This document shows, piece by piece, positions 51,711 through 64,000 of a stretch of 64,000 bases of DNA. The notes beneath the pieces were generated by a model, which saw nothing but the letters and a program-made list of their open reading frames with translations, did not search any database and was not told the DNA's origin. The position numbers were made by a program, and so were the translations under genes. How positions within the stretch are numbered: the stretch's first letter is position 1; the number at the start of each line of letters is the position of its first letter. This DNA is from Eledone cirrhosa (Eukaryota), in NCBI GenBank assembly GCA_964016885.1, contig OZ024742.1, forward strand, positions 160,952,001 through 161,016,000, read 5' to 3'.

Positions 51711-51874
51711 TGTGTATGTGTGTGTGTGCGTATATATATATATATAACAAAGAGGGTGTGGTAAGATACCAGGTGGACCATAACGCACCAGAGTACTCAA
51801 TACTTAGGGTAGTGGAGTGGGTAATAGGAAAAGAGTCAGGACTCTGGGTCCTGACTCTTTTCCTATTACTGTAC

Positions 51875-51955
51875 TCCTTGATAAGTTCAGCTACATTCCC
51901 GCCGGTCGCTTGGTTCGGATCTAGCTGTCGAAACGGCCGGAGCTCAGCCGTCGGG
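51875..51955 (+). ncRNA. hammerhead, U3-A8 core variant
   Basis: tcc-TTGATAA-g..cagcta..tagctg..c-GAAA-cggc cggagctca gccg-TC-ggg. Confidence 0.75.
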
Positions 51956-51969
51956 CTCCTGACCCTTTT

Positions 51970-52022
<53 letters not shown>

Positions 52023-52084
52023 TTATTAAAATAAAGAATCGCTGCTTTCACCCTTAACGGGATCTTCACATTTATTATTATTAC

Positions 52085-52145
<61 letters not shown>

Positions 52146-52230
52146 AAAGTTATATTTAAATTGTTGGGTTACAACTAGTAAATATTTATAACTGATATAA
52201 AAGCACTCGACAAGAATTTGGAGTATATTT

Positions 52231-52778
52231 ACAATATTAAATAAATGGAAACTATATTTATAAAACCATATCTATTTCATTATATTCAGGGATATCATAT
52301 TAACAATATGCTATGCCTTCCTCAGACAAAATACAATATAAACAGTTTTATAGATAAATAGATTCGACATACCGTAACAACATCGACTTGTATTTGAAAA
52401 GGTTGATTTGGCAGTGAAAAAATTGTACACAGAGAGAAAGAAAGAGAGAAAAAAAAAAGAAAAGAAAGACAGAAAACGAAGAAAAAGAAGAAAAAGAAGA
52501 AATGCATGGAACAAAATAGAGAGATGGAAAGATAGATAAAGAGAAGAACTTCATGTAAAGAAACAGAGAGAGATATATATATATAGAGAGAGAGAGAGAG
52601 GAATTTTCAAATACAAGTCGATGTTGTTACGGTATGTCGAATCTATTTATCTATAAAACTGTTTATATTGTATTTTGTCTGAGGAAGGCATAGCATATTG
52701 TTAATATGATATCCCTGAAATATATATAATGAAATAGATATGGTTTTATAAATATAGTTTCCATTTATTTAATATTGT
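52231..52778. repeat. fold-back element with intact hammerhead in right arm (52671-52736)
   Basis: ~170-bp arms around an AG-rich spacer; tattttgt-CTGAGGA-agg..cct-GAAA-tatata-TA-atgaaata. Confidence 0.9.
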
Positions 52779-53072
52779 ATATATATATATATATATTTAG
52801 AAAGTGAGGTTTCTTTACAAAATGAAAAAAAACGAGGTGTCCTACACGAGTGAAAGTATAAGGAAAAATGATGAAATCGAAAATGCAACTGGACTCTTTT
52901 TTTTATATATTTATTTGGTTCCTTTACCGGTTTCGCAGTTCTTGTGCTTTTCAAAAGTAGAATTGAGATGGAGGGTTTGTGGTTTTTTGAAAAACCACAA
53001 ACTATCCAGCGAACCTCCAACCATCAAGGTTGTTCTTCTGCGGGTATGTCAACATTTATAAAACAAATTTTG

Positions 53073-53138
53073 TATTTTATCTGATGAAAGCGCACCCAAA
53101 TTTGCCTTGGTTGTCCTTGAAATATATATAAGAAAATA
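53073..53138 (+). ncRNA. type I hammerhead
   Basis: tattttat-CTGATGA-aag..ctt-GAAA-tatata-TA-agaaaata. Confidence 0.8.
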
Positions 53139-53181
53139 ATTATGGTTTTATAAATATAGTTTCCATTTAATATAAATATAA

Positions 53182-53226
<45 letters not shown>

Positions 53227-53319
53227 AGAGCTGAAAAATATCTTTTAACATGTTAAAATATCCCCCACACAAGTACAGACACATTCCTACTGACCATCCC
53301 TCTACCACGAATTACTCTG

Positions 53320-53377
<58 letters not shown>

Positions 53378-53893
53378 ACACACTTGTCTTAATAGGCATT
53401 TGAACTGTCAACAGGCTGCGGTTCGCACACACATCCCTGCTGACCATTATCACAACAACGAACCTCTTTACTACTACTACACACACACATATTTGTTTTG
53501 AAAGACTTATTTTTCAGTGACTTCTCAATCAGCCGACACAAACCTACATTTGGCGCAATATCAATTTTTAACATTCACATGACCTCTACCGACCAATCAA
53601 AATTGTTTTGACCACAAGAATTTTTGCAACACGAATTGGCGCGAAACTTATTTTAACACATCTGGAGCCACTTTTTCACATAAAACAGGTAGAATTTCCA
53701 AAACTAATCAGATTAAAGCAAACATCACGGGCGCTCTATCTCAAAATTATTTTTGAAAAGCATTAGAAATGCGCAACCGGTAAAACTTAAAACCAAAACT
53801 GAATACTAACCAATACTATTACTAATTTTTACTTATTCCCAATTAAACTATTTTTCATTGGGAACAATTTGTCAGCATTTTCTTTTCCGTTTA

Positions 53894-53968
<75 letters not shown>

Positions 53969-54784
53969 ACAGGGAGAAAAAGACGATTATTAGGAAGAAA
54001 AATTTTTTTTTTTTCCTTTTTATTTTTTTCTCTTTTTTCTGGGTTAGAAAATGATTAAAACAAAATATTTTACTTTGTGTGAAGTGTGAAGGTATTAGTT
54101 GATTTATTTATTAATTAACGATTGCATTTATTTATATATATTAAAATAACAGATTAAAGTTTAAGCAAAGAATCGCTGCTTTCACCCTTAACGGGATCTT
54201 CTTTGTATTTTTCGTTGAATTATCAGTCAGAAGAGCCAGCTCCAAGAAAAGGAGAAAATGTGGATGGGATACGTCGCGAATGACAGCGTCATGTTGACCG
54301 AGGAATTTATCCAAGAAAGGATTAAGATAAAAGTGACATACCTCTGTGTATCGCAAAGAAAGTTTCCATATTGCTATTGAAAAAAGAGTTGTATTGCATC
54401 TCGACTAGGAAAGGGTTTATGGAAGCGTGTGTCTGGTGTTTAACACTGAGTATGAAGTGAAGAAACCGTCAGAGATGGTGTGTGACACGCCTGGTCACAG
54501 GCTAGGGATGTAGTACATGAGAAAAAAAGAATACGCAGTTCACGGCCAAAGATAGTGATACAAATTTTGACCTTTGTCTTGTTGTCATCTTTACATCACT
54601 GTACTCTCAAATCGCGCGGGCAGGAGTAGCAACATGTGACCAGGTGGTATCGAAATGGATTTCTAGGTTCTAATAACTCCACGAAGACTGCCAGACTATT
54701 CAGTAGTTATAACCCCACTGAGGGAGCGGAAAAAACACCAATCAGACTGACGATGCAGGTCAGAAGTCCTATTTGCTACACTTA

Positions 54785-54843
<59 letters not shown>

Positions 54844-55769
54844 AGGTCATTTGAGGAAAAAAAGAGGAAGATATTCAACTCCATGCACATTGGATGACTT
54901 TATTGTTTCCATTTTCTCACCCCAGGTGAGTGGGTTGCGCTTATTTGCTTACTCCTTTTTTTACTAAATGTTTAACCTGTTTCAAAATATTGTATTACCT
55001 TAGGGTGGTGGATTGACAGAATAAGTAGAGCGTCGGATAGACTGCTATTGTGCTATTTGTTCTAGCTTTTTATAATCTGACTTCAAATCCCGCTGATGTC
55101 AACTTTGCCTGTATCCTTTTGAGTTCTATAAAATAAAGTACCAGTCATCTACTGAGTTGATTTAATCGACTTTTACCCTTGCACTTGTGCCTAAATTAGA
55201 AATCACTGCATTTTATTACGTTTTCCATCACCCACCACACGTTTATTATAAGTATGAACATTCCCACATGATTGGTCAATCTTTTGTAAAAGTAAGTTTT
55301 GTATTGTAAGTATGGGCCCTCATGGCTAATAGAGAAATGATTGCTATCATTCTTATCGTTAGAGCGTCGGACAAAATGCTTTGCGTCATTTAGTTACGTC
55401 TGGCTCATGTTTTGAATTCAAATACTGATGAGTTCGACTTTGTCTTTTGTCCTTCCGAGGTCGATAAAATATAATATTATTCATGTAATGGAGTCGATAT
55501 AATCGATTTTCCCAATCCCTTCAAATTGCTAGCCTCCTTTCCCTTACTCGATGTAAACAACACTTTGCGTTTTTTTTTATCCTTCCGTTGACCGCAATGT
55601 GTTGAGCCCTTCTGTCCAATAAAAGAAATCATTAGTATTACTTTCCTTATTATTATAGACCGAGGTTAGCTTCGCCTTTCATCCTTATGGAGTCGATAAA
55701 ATAAAGTACCAGTAATGCACTGGGTAATTGCTGACCTTGTGCCAAAATTACAAACAATTATTATTTGAA

Positions 55770-56200
55770 GACGGGCATTCTTCTTAGGTGACGCTTTCAG
55801 TGACTTTTTCATTTGTCACCTGTAAAGAGAAATCAGGGTGGAGAGGGAAATGCTGTCTTCCAGCCACTTTATTAAAAGGTGGGTGAGAGAGGCGAGAATG
55901 GCCCGTGTGAATGGGCCTGACCTGAGTGTGTGCTTGTAGTATTGGACGAGAACTGGGAGAGGGTGCTTGCCCTAGCGGTCAGGGTGACCGTGGCTTTTTG
56001 TGCGTTTTCTCTACCAGTAAACCTCAGTAACCCCCTCCCATATTCGTGAATTTCTTTTTCTTTTAAAGTTTTTAGTTGTCGTTTCTTCTTTTGTTTTGTT
56101 TATTTTTTGCACTCAGAAATCCGCACTGTACCGTCCTGTGCTGTCCTTAATATAGATTTTTTGTAAACCCTTTGTAAATAATAAAGAAATCATCATTATT
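55770..56200 (+). mobile_element. L1/Tx1-type 3' end fragment
   Basis: EIRVEREMLSSSHFIKRWVREARMARVNGPDLSVCL*, then 3' UTR, AATAAAGAAA and an (ATT)-like tail. Confidence 0.85.
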
Positions 56201-56622
56201 CTAAAGCACAAATAATGCTCTGGGGTAATTGCTGGCCTTGTGCAAAAAGAAGAACCAATTATTATTATTATTAGACGGTGGATTGGCAGTATCGGTAGAG
56301 AGTCGGACGCCATGCTTTGCAGCATAGAGTTACGGCCCTTTGTGATCTGAGTTCAAATCCCCCCCAGGTTAACTTTGCCTTTCATCCTTACGGGGTCGAT
56401 GAAATAAAGTACCAGTAATGTACTGGGTAATTGCTGGCTTTGTGCCAGAACTAGAAACAATTATTAGACCATATGTAACGCCCTGCCGCGTGTCTGTATC
56501 TTATCAATATACTTCCAAATCATGTTTTTGTCCTTGAGGCACATAGAGAAATTGTTATTATCATTTTGATTATCATTGTTGTTACTCTTCTTCTTCTTCT
56601 TCTTCTTCTTCTTCTTCTTCTT

Positions 56623-56653
<31 letters not shown>

Positions 56654-56676
56654 TAATAATAATAATAATAATAATT

Positions 56677-58415
56677 CCTCTCGTCCCTCTTGTACGTATT
56701 GTCTCTCGAGCCATCACTGCACAAACTGGAGACCTTGAGGGAGGGGGGGGGGGGGGTCCCGCGCAAACTAGGATGCGGAAGATCCGTGTCAGCATATGCG
56801 GACGATGTCACCGTAGTGGTGTCGAACGCCAAACACATCGAGGCGATCGGCACTACACTAAGAGAATACCAAGCGGTGACAAGAGCAATGATCAACCAAG
56901 AAAAGTCGGTGGGCCTGCAGCTCGGCACCTGGAGAGGCAGGTCCATGCCCTCCAACGGCGTCGTCGGGCGTTGGACGACGGACCGTTTAAATTGCTAGGG
57001 GTCTGGTTCGGTCCGGACCTCCAGACGGACAAAAACTGGGACGAGGTGACGAGCAGGGTGGCTTCTCTCACCCAGAAATGGGCGGAGAGGAAGCTATCCC
57101 TGAAAGGTCGAGCGGAGGTGGCTAACGCGTACATCGCGTCCGTCATCTACTACCGCCTGACCGTCGTGCCTTGTCCTAAGCCTCGCCTGACTGCGCTGGA
57201 GCGTTTGCTCTTTCGCTTTTTGTGGAAGGGACGCGGTCTGATGGTCAGGCGGTCCATCTGCTGTCAACACCCGCTACGTGGAGGGCTGGGCATGCCGTGG
57301 CTGATGATGCGCAGACACGCGCTCAGGCTACGACATCTCCACCTCTTCCTCGACGGTGATCAGGTGTGGTCGCCGTTTACTAGACGCGTCTTTGCCCAGC
57401 TCATCTCCTTGGCGGAGCTGCAGTCCTGGGTCAAGCGAAGACCGAGAGGGAGCGCTTGGAGACTGGAATGTCTTCAGGCGCTCACAGCCCTCGACCAATC
57501 GGGCAATGTGATCGGTGGAAACTCCACCTTGGCTTTCTATAGAGTATTAGTGGAGGGGAAGAGCGACGACGTACTTGGGGAAACTCTAGGCGTCGACGAA
57601 AATCAACTAGCCAATCTCTTTGGAAGAACTTTCGGACCGGGGCCTATGGACAACTTCCAGAAATCCCTGACCTGGCAGTGCTACCGAGGAGCTTTGCCAG
57701 ATCGGGATAAACTCTACAGGCATGGAGGTGCCGTCAGCCGGGCATGTCCGAGATGTGCGCAGGGCGACGAAACCGTCCTGCACGCACTCGTCCAGTGTCC
57801 GAGCATTGCTGACTTGTGGGTTTATGTCGAACACCTGCTGTCGAGTGTAGAACGTATCCGACTATCAGCTGAGTCCATCGTGAGGATTGCCCCGCCCTCT
57901 TCCTTTAGCCAGGAAGGGTAGGAAGTTTTTATCTGTCTGGTGGCCATAGCGAAAGGGATAGTATGGTGGACACGTCTGAAAGGGCTGAAGACGAGCACTT
58001 ACCTCTTCGGTGATGCCCTGATTAACTTTTTCCAATTTCATTTGAAAAGGAAAATCAGGGTAGAGAGGGAGGTGCTCTCTCCCCAGCATTTTGTTGAAAT
58101 ATGGGTGATAGAGGCAAGAATGGCCCGAGTGAATGAACCTACTCTGAGTATATGCCTGTAAATTGAAGGTGGAAAACTGGGAGAGGGCACTTGCCCTGGT
58201 GGTTAGGGTCACCGTGGCTTTTTGTAATGGGCTTTCTCTACGATGGCCCTCGGAAGTCTCCCCCTATTGGGGAATTTTTCATTGTTCTTTTTGTTTTTGT
58301 TACATCCTCTGTTTTTGTTTTTTTTACACGCAGAAATGCCTATTTGTAACCGTCCTATATTGTCCTGTACTGTCCTTAATGTCTACTTTATGTAAACCCT
58401 TGTGGTTAATAAAGA

Positions 58416-58457
<42 letters not shown>
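56677..58457 (+). mobile_element. 5'-truncated L1/Tx1-type LINE (RT C-half + CCHC finger)
   Basis: PLSSLLYVLSLEP..SAYADDVTV, LLGVWFG, LSLKGR, GGLG, CPRC..ETVLHALVQC; frameshifted; (ATT)n tail at 58420-58457. Confidence 0.92.
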
Positions 58458-58458
<1 letters not shown>

Positions 58459-58674
58459 GTTGGTGAAGCCACGCTTCTTATCGCCTCCAGTTTTTTTCAA
58501 CGTTTTACCTCTTTTTCAACCGTTCTAAACCTTTTATTCAAGTTTTAAATTTGATAAAAGTTTAGAAGAAGTGACCCACCTAATACAGGGGTTCACTAGT
58601 AAATAATACGGCACCCCTTTACGGGGTGTCGTATTAGTATTTGTGTAAAAATATTTTTTTTGAAAAATTTCAAC

Positions 58675-60231
58675 ATGGATAACACAAGAAAGAGAGAGAG
58701 CGCTGTCAGACAACACAGAGAGAGGGAGGCTTTATCAGCATGTCAACAAGACAGCGTTCCAGCGGAGGTAAATATAAACGAAAATATTACAAAGGAAAAA
58801 AAGATTGTTACAGATTTAAAATTACCAAATATTTCTAACACAAACAACACCAACAATAATACCAACAACATAACCAACAACAACAACACCGAAAATAACA
58901 GCGGTAAGGTCGAGAACGACAATAACAAAAATAACAGCGGTAAGGTGGAGGACGACAATAACAATGACAATAACAACAGCCACAACAACAATAATAGTAG
59001 GAACAGTATCAACAAAAACAACAATAATAACAACAGCCATAATAACAGTAACAACAGCAACAGTATCAACGAAAACAACACCAACAACTGTACCAGCGAA
59101 AACAACAACAATGACACCGATACCTGTAATAGCGACCTCAGCACCACCAGTAAGACCAGTAGCAGCAGCAATAGTGGTGCTGCTGAAAAAGGGACCACTT
59201 CTTTTGCAGGTGTCGCCCGAAATATCGAGACAGTGTTAGTGACAGAGGAGGAGATGGCAGTCGCAAGGGCCATGGTGACAAGAAGCGCAAATAGAGTTTC
59301 CCTGAAACCTCCACCCGATTTTTTCAAGGACCAGCAGCTACGGACGGTGACTTACCGCACCGTAAGCAAAATCTCACATCGAGTGGAGAGAGCCACGGAG
59401 GCTCAAATCCAAAAGACCTTGGGGTGCGTCTGGGCACGCAATACCCACATCACCCGAGGCAGAAAGTACGCCTCAGTAGACGTACTTTTCGCCACCCCCC
59501 AGGAAGCAAAGTCTCACTCTTTGGAAACCCTAAAGAGTGCGGTGTTAGTCTTGGTGCCCTCCTACTGCGGGCAGAAAATTGTGAGGGTCAAAGTGACCCA
59601 GGTCCCACCCGATGTGCCCATACCTTGGCTGGCCGCGTCTGTCCTTGCTGGAATAGAGAACAGGGCGTCCATGCTGCAAGTAGAAAAAATAGGGAGAGAG
59701 AACGGGTCAGGTATAGGCATGCAAATGCTTATACAAACTGACCAGGAATGTATCGAGGCTATCCCCGATATCATAGACTTCGAGGAAGGACTCCAACTCC
59801 CTATAAGTGTAGAAGGAAGACGGCCAAAATGTTATCTCTGTGGGTCGAAAGGTCACCTCAGGGCCTTTTGCCCGCAGAAGACACCGAATAGAGCCCCTCT
59901 CCTTCCAATACCTGGTCCGCTGCTACCAAGAGCAGGACAGGAAACAAACGAAGAAGCCCCTTCCACGGTGAGTAGGAGGGCAACGTCCGTAGCACCCGTA
60001 CCAAGGCCACGGATAACTAAAGCAGCATCATCAGTAGCGGCAACACCAATAGCTACATTTGAAATAGCTACACCAGCAATAAAATTGCCGAAGAGGGCTC
60101 CACTACCACCACCAACAGCCGTGGAGCACATACCCCTCCCAGAGGCCACAGAATCCGACATGGAGTTTGAGGCGGAAGTGACGTGGCAAACAGTCTGCCA
60201 CAAAAAACAAAAAACAAAAAAAAACCCTTAG
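58675..60231 (+). CDS. L1/Tx1 ORF1 (gag-like; Asn-rich N-terminus, CX2CX4HX4C knuckle)
   Basis: ATG in CAACATGG context; CYLCGSKGHLRAFC; lies upstream of the APE-RT ORF. Confidence 0.85.
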   Translation: MDNTRKRESAVRQHREREALSACQQDSVPAEVNINENITKEKKIVTDLKLPNISNTNNTNNNTNNITNNNNTENNSGKVENDNNKNNSGKVEDDNNNDNNNSHNNNNSRNSINKNNNNNNSHNNSNNSNSINENNTNNCTSENNNNDTDTCNSDLSTTSKTSSSSNSGAAEKGTTSFAGVARNIETVLVTEEEMAVARAMVTRSANRVSLKPPPDFFKDQQLRTVTYRTVSKISHRVERATEAQIQKTLGCVWARNTHITRGRKYASVDVLFATPQEAKSHSLETLKSAVLVLVPSYCGQKIVRVKVTQVPPDVPIPWLAASVLAGIENRASMLQVEKIGRENGSGIGMQMLIQTDQECIEAIPDIIDFEEGLQLPISVEGRRPKCYLCGSKGHLRAFCPQKTPNRAPLLPIPGPLLPRAGQETNEEAPSTVSRRATSVAPVPRPRITKAASSVAATPIATFEIATPAIKLPKRAPLPPPTAVEHIPLPEATESDMEFEAEVTWQTVCHKKQKTKKNP

Positions 60232-60648
60232 ATTCACCCTCCAAAAGCGAAGGCATACAAAGAGGCGTAAAGGCAGCAAGGAATCTTGCAGCAACACCAC
60301 CACAAACACCCCAAAAACGTACACAGCCATAAACATAGCAAAAAAAGAACTCATAAAATATATAAAGCAGCACACAGACATCACGGAAAAAAACTATTAC
60401 ACCCCACCAACACAAAGAACTCTCCCGACAAACATAAGCATCATCGAAATCTCAATAGAACAGTACAAACCTTTAAAACAAAAATTCCCCAACGCAGTTG
60501 GAGACTTCAGAGGGACGGTTACCAAGAGGATATACACTGACATCCTCTTGGAAACATCCATGACCAGCGAAAGGGACGGTTCTACTGTCCCTTCACCACA
60601 CGATCAAGGTAAGTGACCCTTTCTCATTTGCCCCGTTTCTCATCCAAC

Positions 60649-63600
60649 ATGGCTGTACTCAGAATAGGCAGTATAAATGCACGTGGCCTGGGGTCATCTT
60701 GGAAGCAGGGTCACCTGCTCAATGACCTCAGGTCACTAAACATAGATGTGGTGGCCATCAGTGAAACCAGAATCTCCGAGGCACGGGCCTTCGCACCGAT
60801 CTTCGGCGGCTACGATGTATGCGCATCTCCCAGCAGTCCAGGATCGGGGGGAGGGGTTGCCGTCCTTTTTCGGAGAGGCTTGGATCTCGCGATACGGGCC
60901 ATCTTCCTGGACCCAGAAGATAAGTTGGTGGTGCTGGACGTGACCGGCAGCGAAGGCAATGCTTTCAGGCTAGTAGCCGTCTACGCCCCAACAGGGGCAG
61001 GACGGCCAGATTTCTTCAGACGTCTAGAGACCTTTCTTGGAACGTCCCGCTCTTTAGTATTAGTGGGCGACTGGAACGGTATCTTGGATGCACGCTGGGA
61101 TCGTGTGGGGCTAGTGGATAGGGGAGGAGGGTGCAAGAGCCTCACCAACCTGCTCAGACGTTTTGAACTGTCTGACAGGTATCGACTGGATCACCCGAAT
61201 GTGCCAATGTGGACATGGACAAACCGCATTGGGTCATCCAGATAGTATCTAGATAGGGTATTCTGCAGGGAACTAGATAAGGCTAGTATAAGTTGACAAC
61301 AATTTAAAATAGTCGACTACACAGACCACAAATTTGTGATCTGTGAGATCGACATAGACAGACCTCATAGACAAGGGCCTGGTTACTGGAAGCTGAACGC
61401 GTCTTTCCCGGTGCGCAAGGCCTACAGAGACCAGATTAGCGTATTAGTTAGGCGGGCGTTGACGGGAGCGGTCGTCAACAACAGGTGGTGGTTCGCCCTG
61501 AAAAGGGCAATTAAAGTAGAGTCGATTAGGTTTAGCAAAGGACTAGTGATAGAGGAAAATAGAGTAGAGGGAGAGCTAGTCAGAAAGCTAGAAGAGGCGT
61601 TTAGGACAGGCATCGCAACCGACGTGCTTGCGGCGAGATTGGCACTCGACCAATTCTTCAACGCAAAACACGAAGGCTGCGTTGTCAGAGCTAGAGTGCG
61701 TGCTCTGAAACACGAGGGGACAAAAGCCGTCCAATGGGCCCGAGTGGCAGAGGTGCGACGTGGCAACAAAGCCACAATTCGGTCTTTGCCTGACAAAAAC
61801 GGGTGCGTGATGCTCGAACCCGAGCGGATGTGTGAAGCTTTTCAGCAGCACTTTGCTGAACTGTTCGGGAGCGGCGGCGGCCCGGATCGGGGCATGGATT
61901 TCAGTGCATACCTGGATGGACTGCCTCGGCTCTCGACGACCGCAGCACAGTGTTGCGAAAAGCCAATAACAGCCGGTGAAATACGGGAAGCGATGGCTAA
62001 CTGCACAAGAGGTAAATCGCCAGGTTTAGATGGTCTGCCCTACGAACTTTATGCATTTATGCCAGACTTGTTCGGTGACCTCTTGGCAGACGTCTACTGC
62101 AACTGGCAGCAGAACGGGAGCATTCCCAGTTTTGTGACCGGGAACAGTGACGCTGCTGAGAAAAGACCCGAACAAGGGGGATGTTATTGATAATTTCAGG
62201 CCCATAAGCCTGCTAAACGCAGAGTTCAAGATTTTGGCCAAGGTGTTAGCAACGAGGTTGGCGCTTGTCGTCAATGGTCTGGTGGGAGAGGCGCAGACAT
62301 GCGCCATTCCGGACAGATCCATACACGACAACCTCCACCTCATGCGATACATCATAGAGAGGGTGGTTAAAGAACCTGGCAAGGGTGGGGCCCTGATCAA
62401 CTTGGATCAATCCAAAGCATTCGATAGGGTCGACCATCGGTACCTGGCGGCGGTCCTCGAGGCAGCCGGTTTCGGGCCCGTTTTCAAGGGTTGGATCGCA
62501 GCAATATACAGCGACATCTACTCAGTTGTGAGGGTGAACGGTCACCTGTCGCAGCCGTTCAGCATCATGCACTCAGTCCGCCAGGGTTATCCCCTCTCGT
62601 CCCTCTTGTACGTATTGGCTCTCGAGCCGTTACTGCACAAACTGGGGGCCATGAGGGCGTCCCACGCGAACTAGGATGCGGGAAATCCGAGTCGGCTTAC
62701 GCTGACGACGTCACCATGGTGGTGTCGAGCATCAGACACGTCCAGATGCTCAGCACCGTTCTCAAGGAATACGAAGCGGTGACCTGAGCAAAGAAAAACC
62801 AGGAAAAGTCGGTGGGCTACGCATTTGGAGAGGCAAGTCCATGCCGTCCGACAGCGTCGTGGGGCGTTGGACGGACGGACCGGTTAAATTGCTCGGGGTC
62901 TGGTTTGGACCGGACCTCCAGATGGAGAAAAACTGGAACGAGGTGACGAGCAGTGTGGCCTCCCTCACCCAGAAATGGGCTGAGAGGAAGCTGTCCCTGA
63001 AAAGCCGGGCGGAAGTGGCGAATGCGTACATCGCATCCGTCATCTGCTACCGCCTGACCCTCGTCCCTTGCTCCAGCCCAACTCTCACCAAAATGGAGCG
63101 CCTCCTCTTCCGCTTTTTGTGGAAGGGACGCGCTCCCATGGTCAGACGATCCATCTGCTGTCAACACCCGTTGCGTGGAGGACTGGGCATGCCATGGCTG
63201 ATGATGCGCAAACATGCGCTGAGGCTGCGACATCTCTGGTGCTTCCTTGATGGTGAACGGGTGTGGTCGCCGTTCGCCAGGCACATTTTCCCACAGCTCG
63301 TCTCCTTGACGGAGCTGCAGTCCTGGGTCAGAAAAAGACCGAGGGATAGCGCTTAGAAACTGGAATGTCTCCAGGCGCTCACTGCCCTCTCCCAGTTGGG
63401 CACGAGTATCGGTGGAACATCCACCTCGGCGTTCTATAGAGGACTAGTGGAGGGGAAGAGCGACGACATTCTCGGAGAGATCCTGGGCGTCGAAGAAGAT
63501 CAGCTGTTTGCTCTCTTCAAGAGAACTTTCAGCCCGGGGCCTATGGATAACTTCCAAAAATCCCTGGCCTGGCAGTGCTACCGGGGAGCGCTGCCGGAAG

Positions 63601-64000
63601 TGCCCTCAGCCTGGCAGTGCTACCGGGGAGTGCTTCCGGAAGTACCGTCAGCCGAGCCTCTCCGAGATGCGCGCAGAGCGACGAAACCGTTGTGCACGCA
63701 CTCGTTCAGTGCCCGAGCATTGCTGACTTGTGGAGCTATGTCGAACAGTTGCTGTCGCGTGTGGGACTGATCCGGTTGTCGACTGAGTCCATTGTGCAGA
63801 TGGTCTCACCGTCTTCCTTCGAGGAGGAAGGGCAGGCGGTTTTCATCTGCCTGGTGGCCATGGCGAAAGAGATTGTGTGGTGGACAAGGTTAAAAGGATT
63901 AAAGACAAACACTTTCCTCTTCGGCGAATCCATAATTAACTTTTTCAAGTTTCACTTGAAGAGGAAAATCAGGGTGGAGAGGCAAGTGCTGTCTTCTAGC
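60649..64000 (+). pseudogene. L1/Tx1 ORF2 (apurinic-like endonuclease + RT), disrupted
   Basis: SINARGL, ISETR, VYAP, GDWN, TDH, GPGYWKLN, KSPGLDGLP, NFRPISLLN, DQSKAFDRV, VRQG.PLS, YADD; stops at 61243 and 63354, several frameshifts, and a short duplication near 63570-63645. Confidence 0.92.

Larger units (their letters stand above)
58458..64000 (+). mobile_element. long, probably 5'-complete L1/Tx1-type LINE running off the window end
   Basis: 5' UTR, ORF1 with zinc knuckle, and APE-RT ORF2. Confidence 0.92.

Noticed and set aside
58743-59327. 194-aa Leu-rich ORF on the minus strand
   Set aside because: Antisense shadow of the Asn-rich part of Tx1 ORF1

Overview
This is a eukaryotic, AT-rich, microsatellite-saturated intergenic or intronic window with no recognisable host gene. 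The SINE and LINE repertoire resembles a cephalopod (Octopus-like) genome, which is an inference. Almost all the short ORFs are translations of (TA)n, (TG)n or (AG)n tracts. The real coding content is all transposon-derived: (1) a very young Penelope-like element (Neptune-type RT + GIY-YIG) with ~818-bp near-perfect inverted arms at 6606-9854, plus fragments of other PLE families; (2) several R4/Dong-type RT-REL LINEs sitting in (AAT)n, one with an uninterrupted ~1090-aa frame; (3) L1/Tx1-type elements, including a long copy with ORF1 and a disrupted APE-RT ORF2 that runs off the window end; (4) CRE and RTE LINE 3' ends, Helitrons, MITEs and many tRNA-derived SINEs. The main signal, invisible in the ORF track, is about 28 hammerhead ribozyme-like motifs found by eye, about 15 with an intact CUGANGA..GAAA..UH core. 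They belong to many different short non-coding elements embedded in (TA)n, often arranged as fold-backs. Two carry the compensatory U3-A8 core. Two have junctions that fall at the predicted self-cleavage site. One sits in a 319-bp partial tandem resembling a retrozyme. All structures and coordinates were read manually; no folding software or database search was run.
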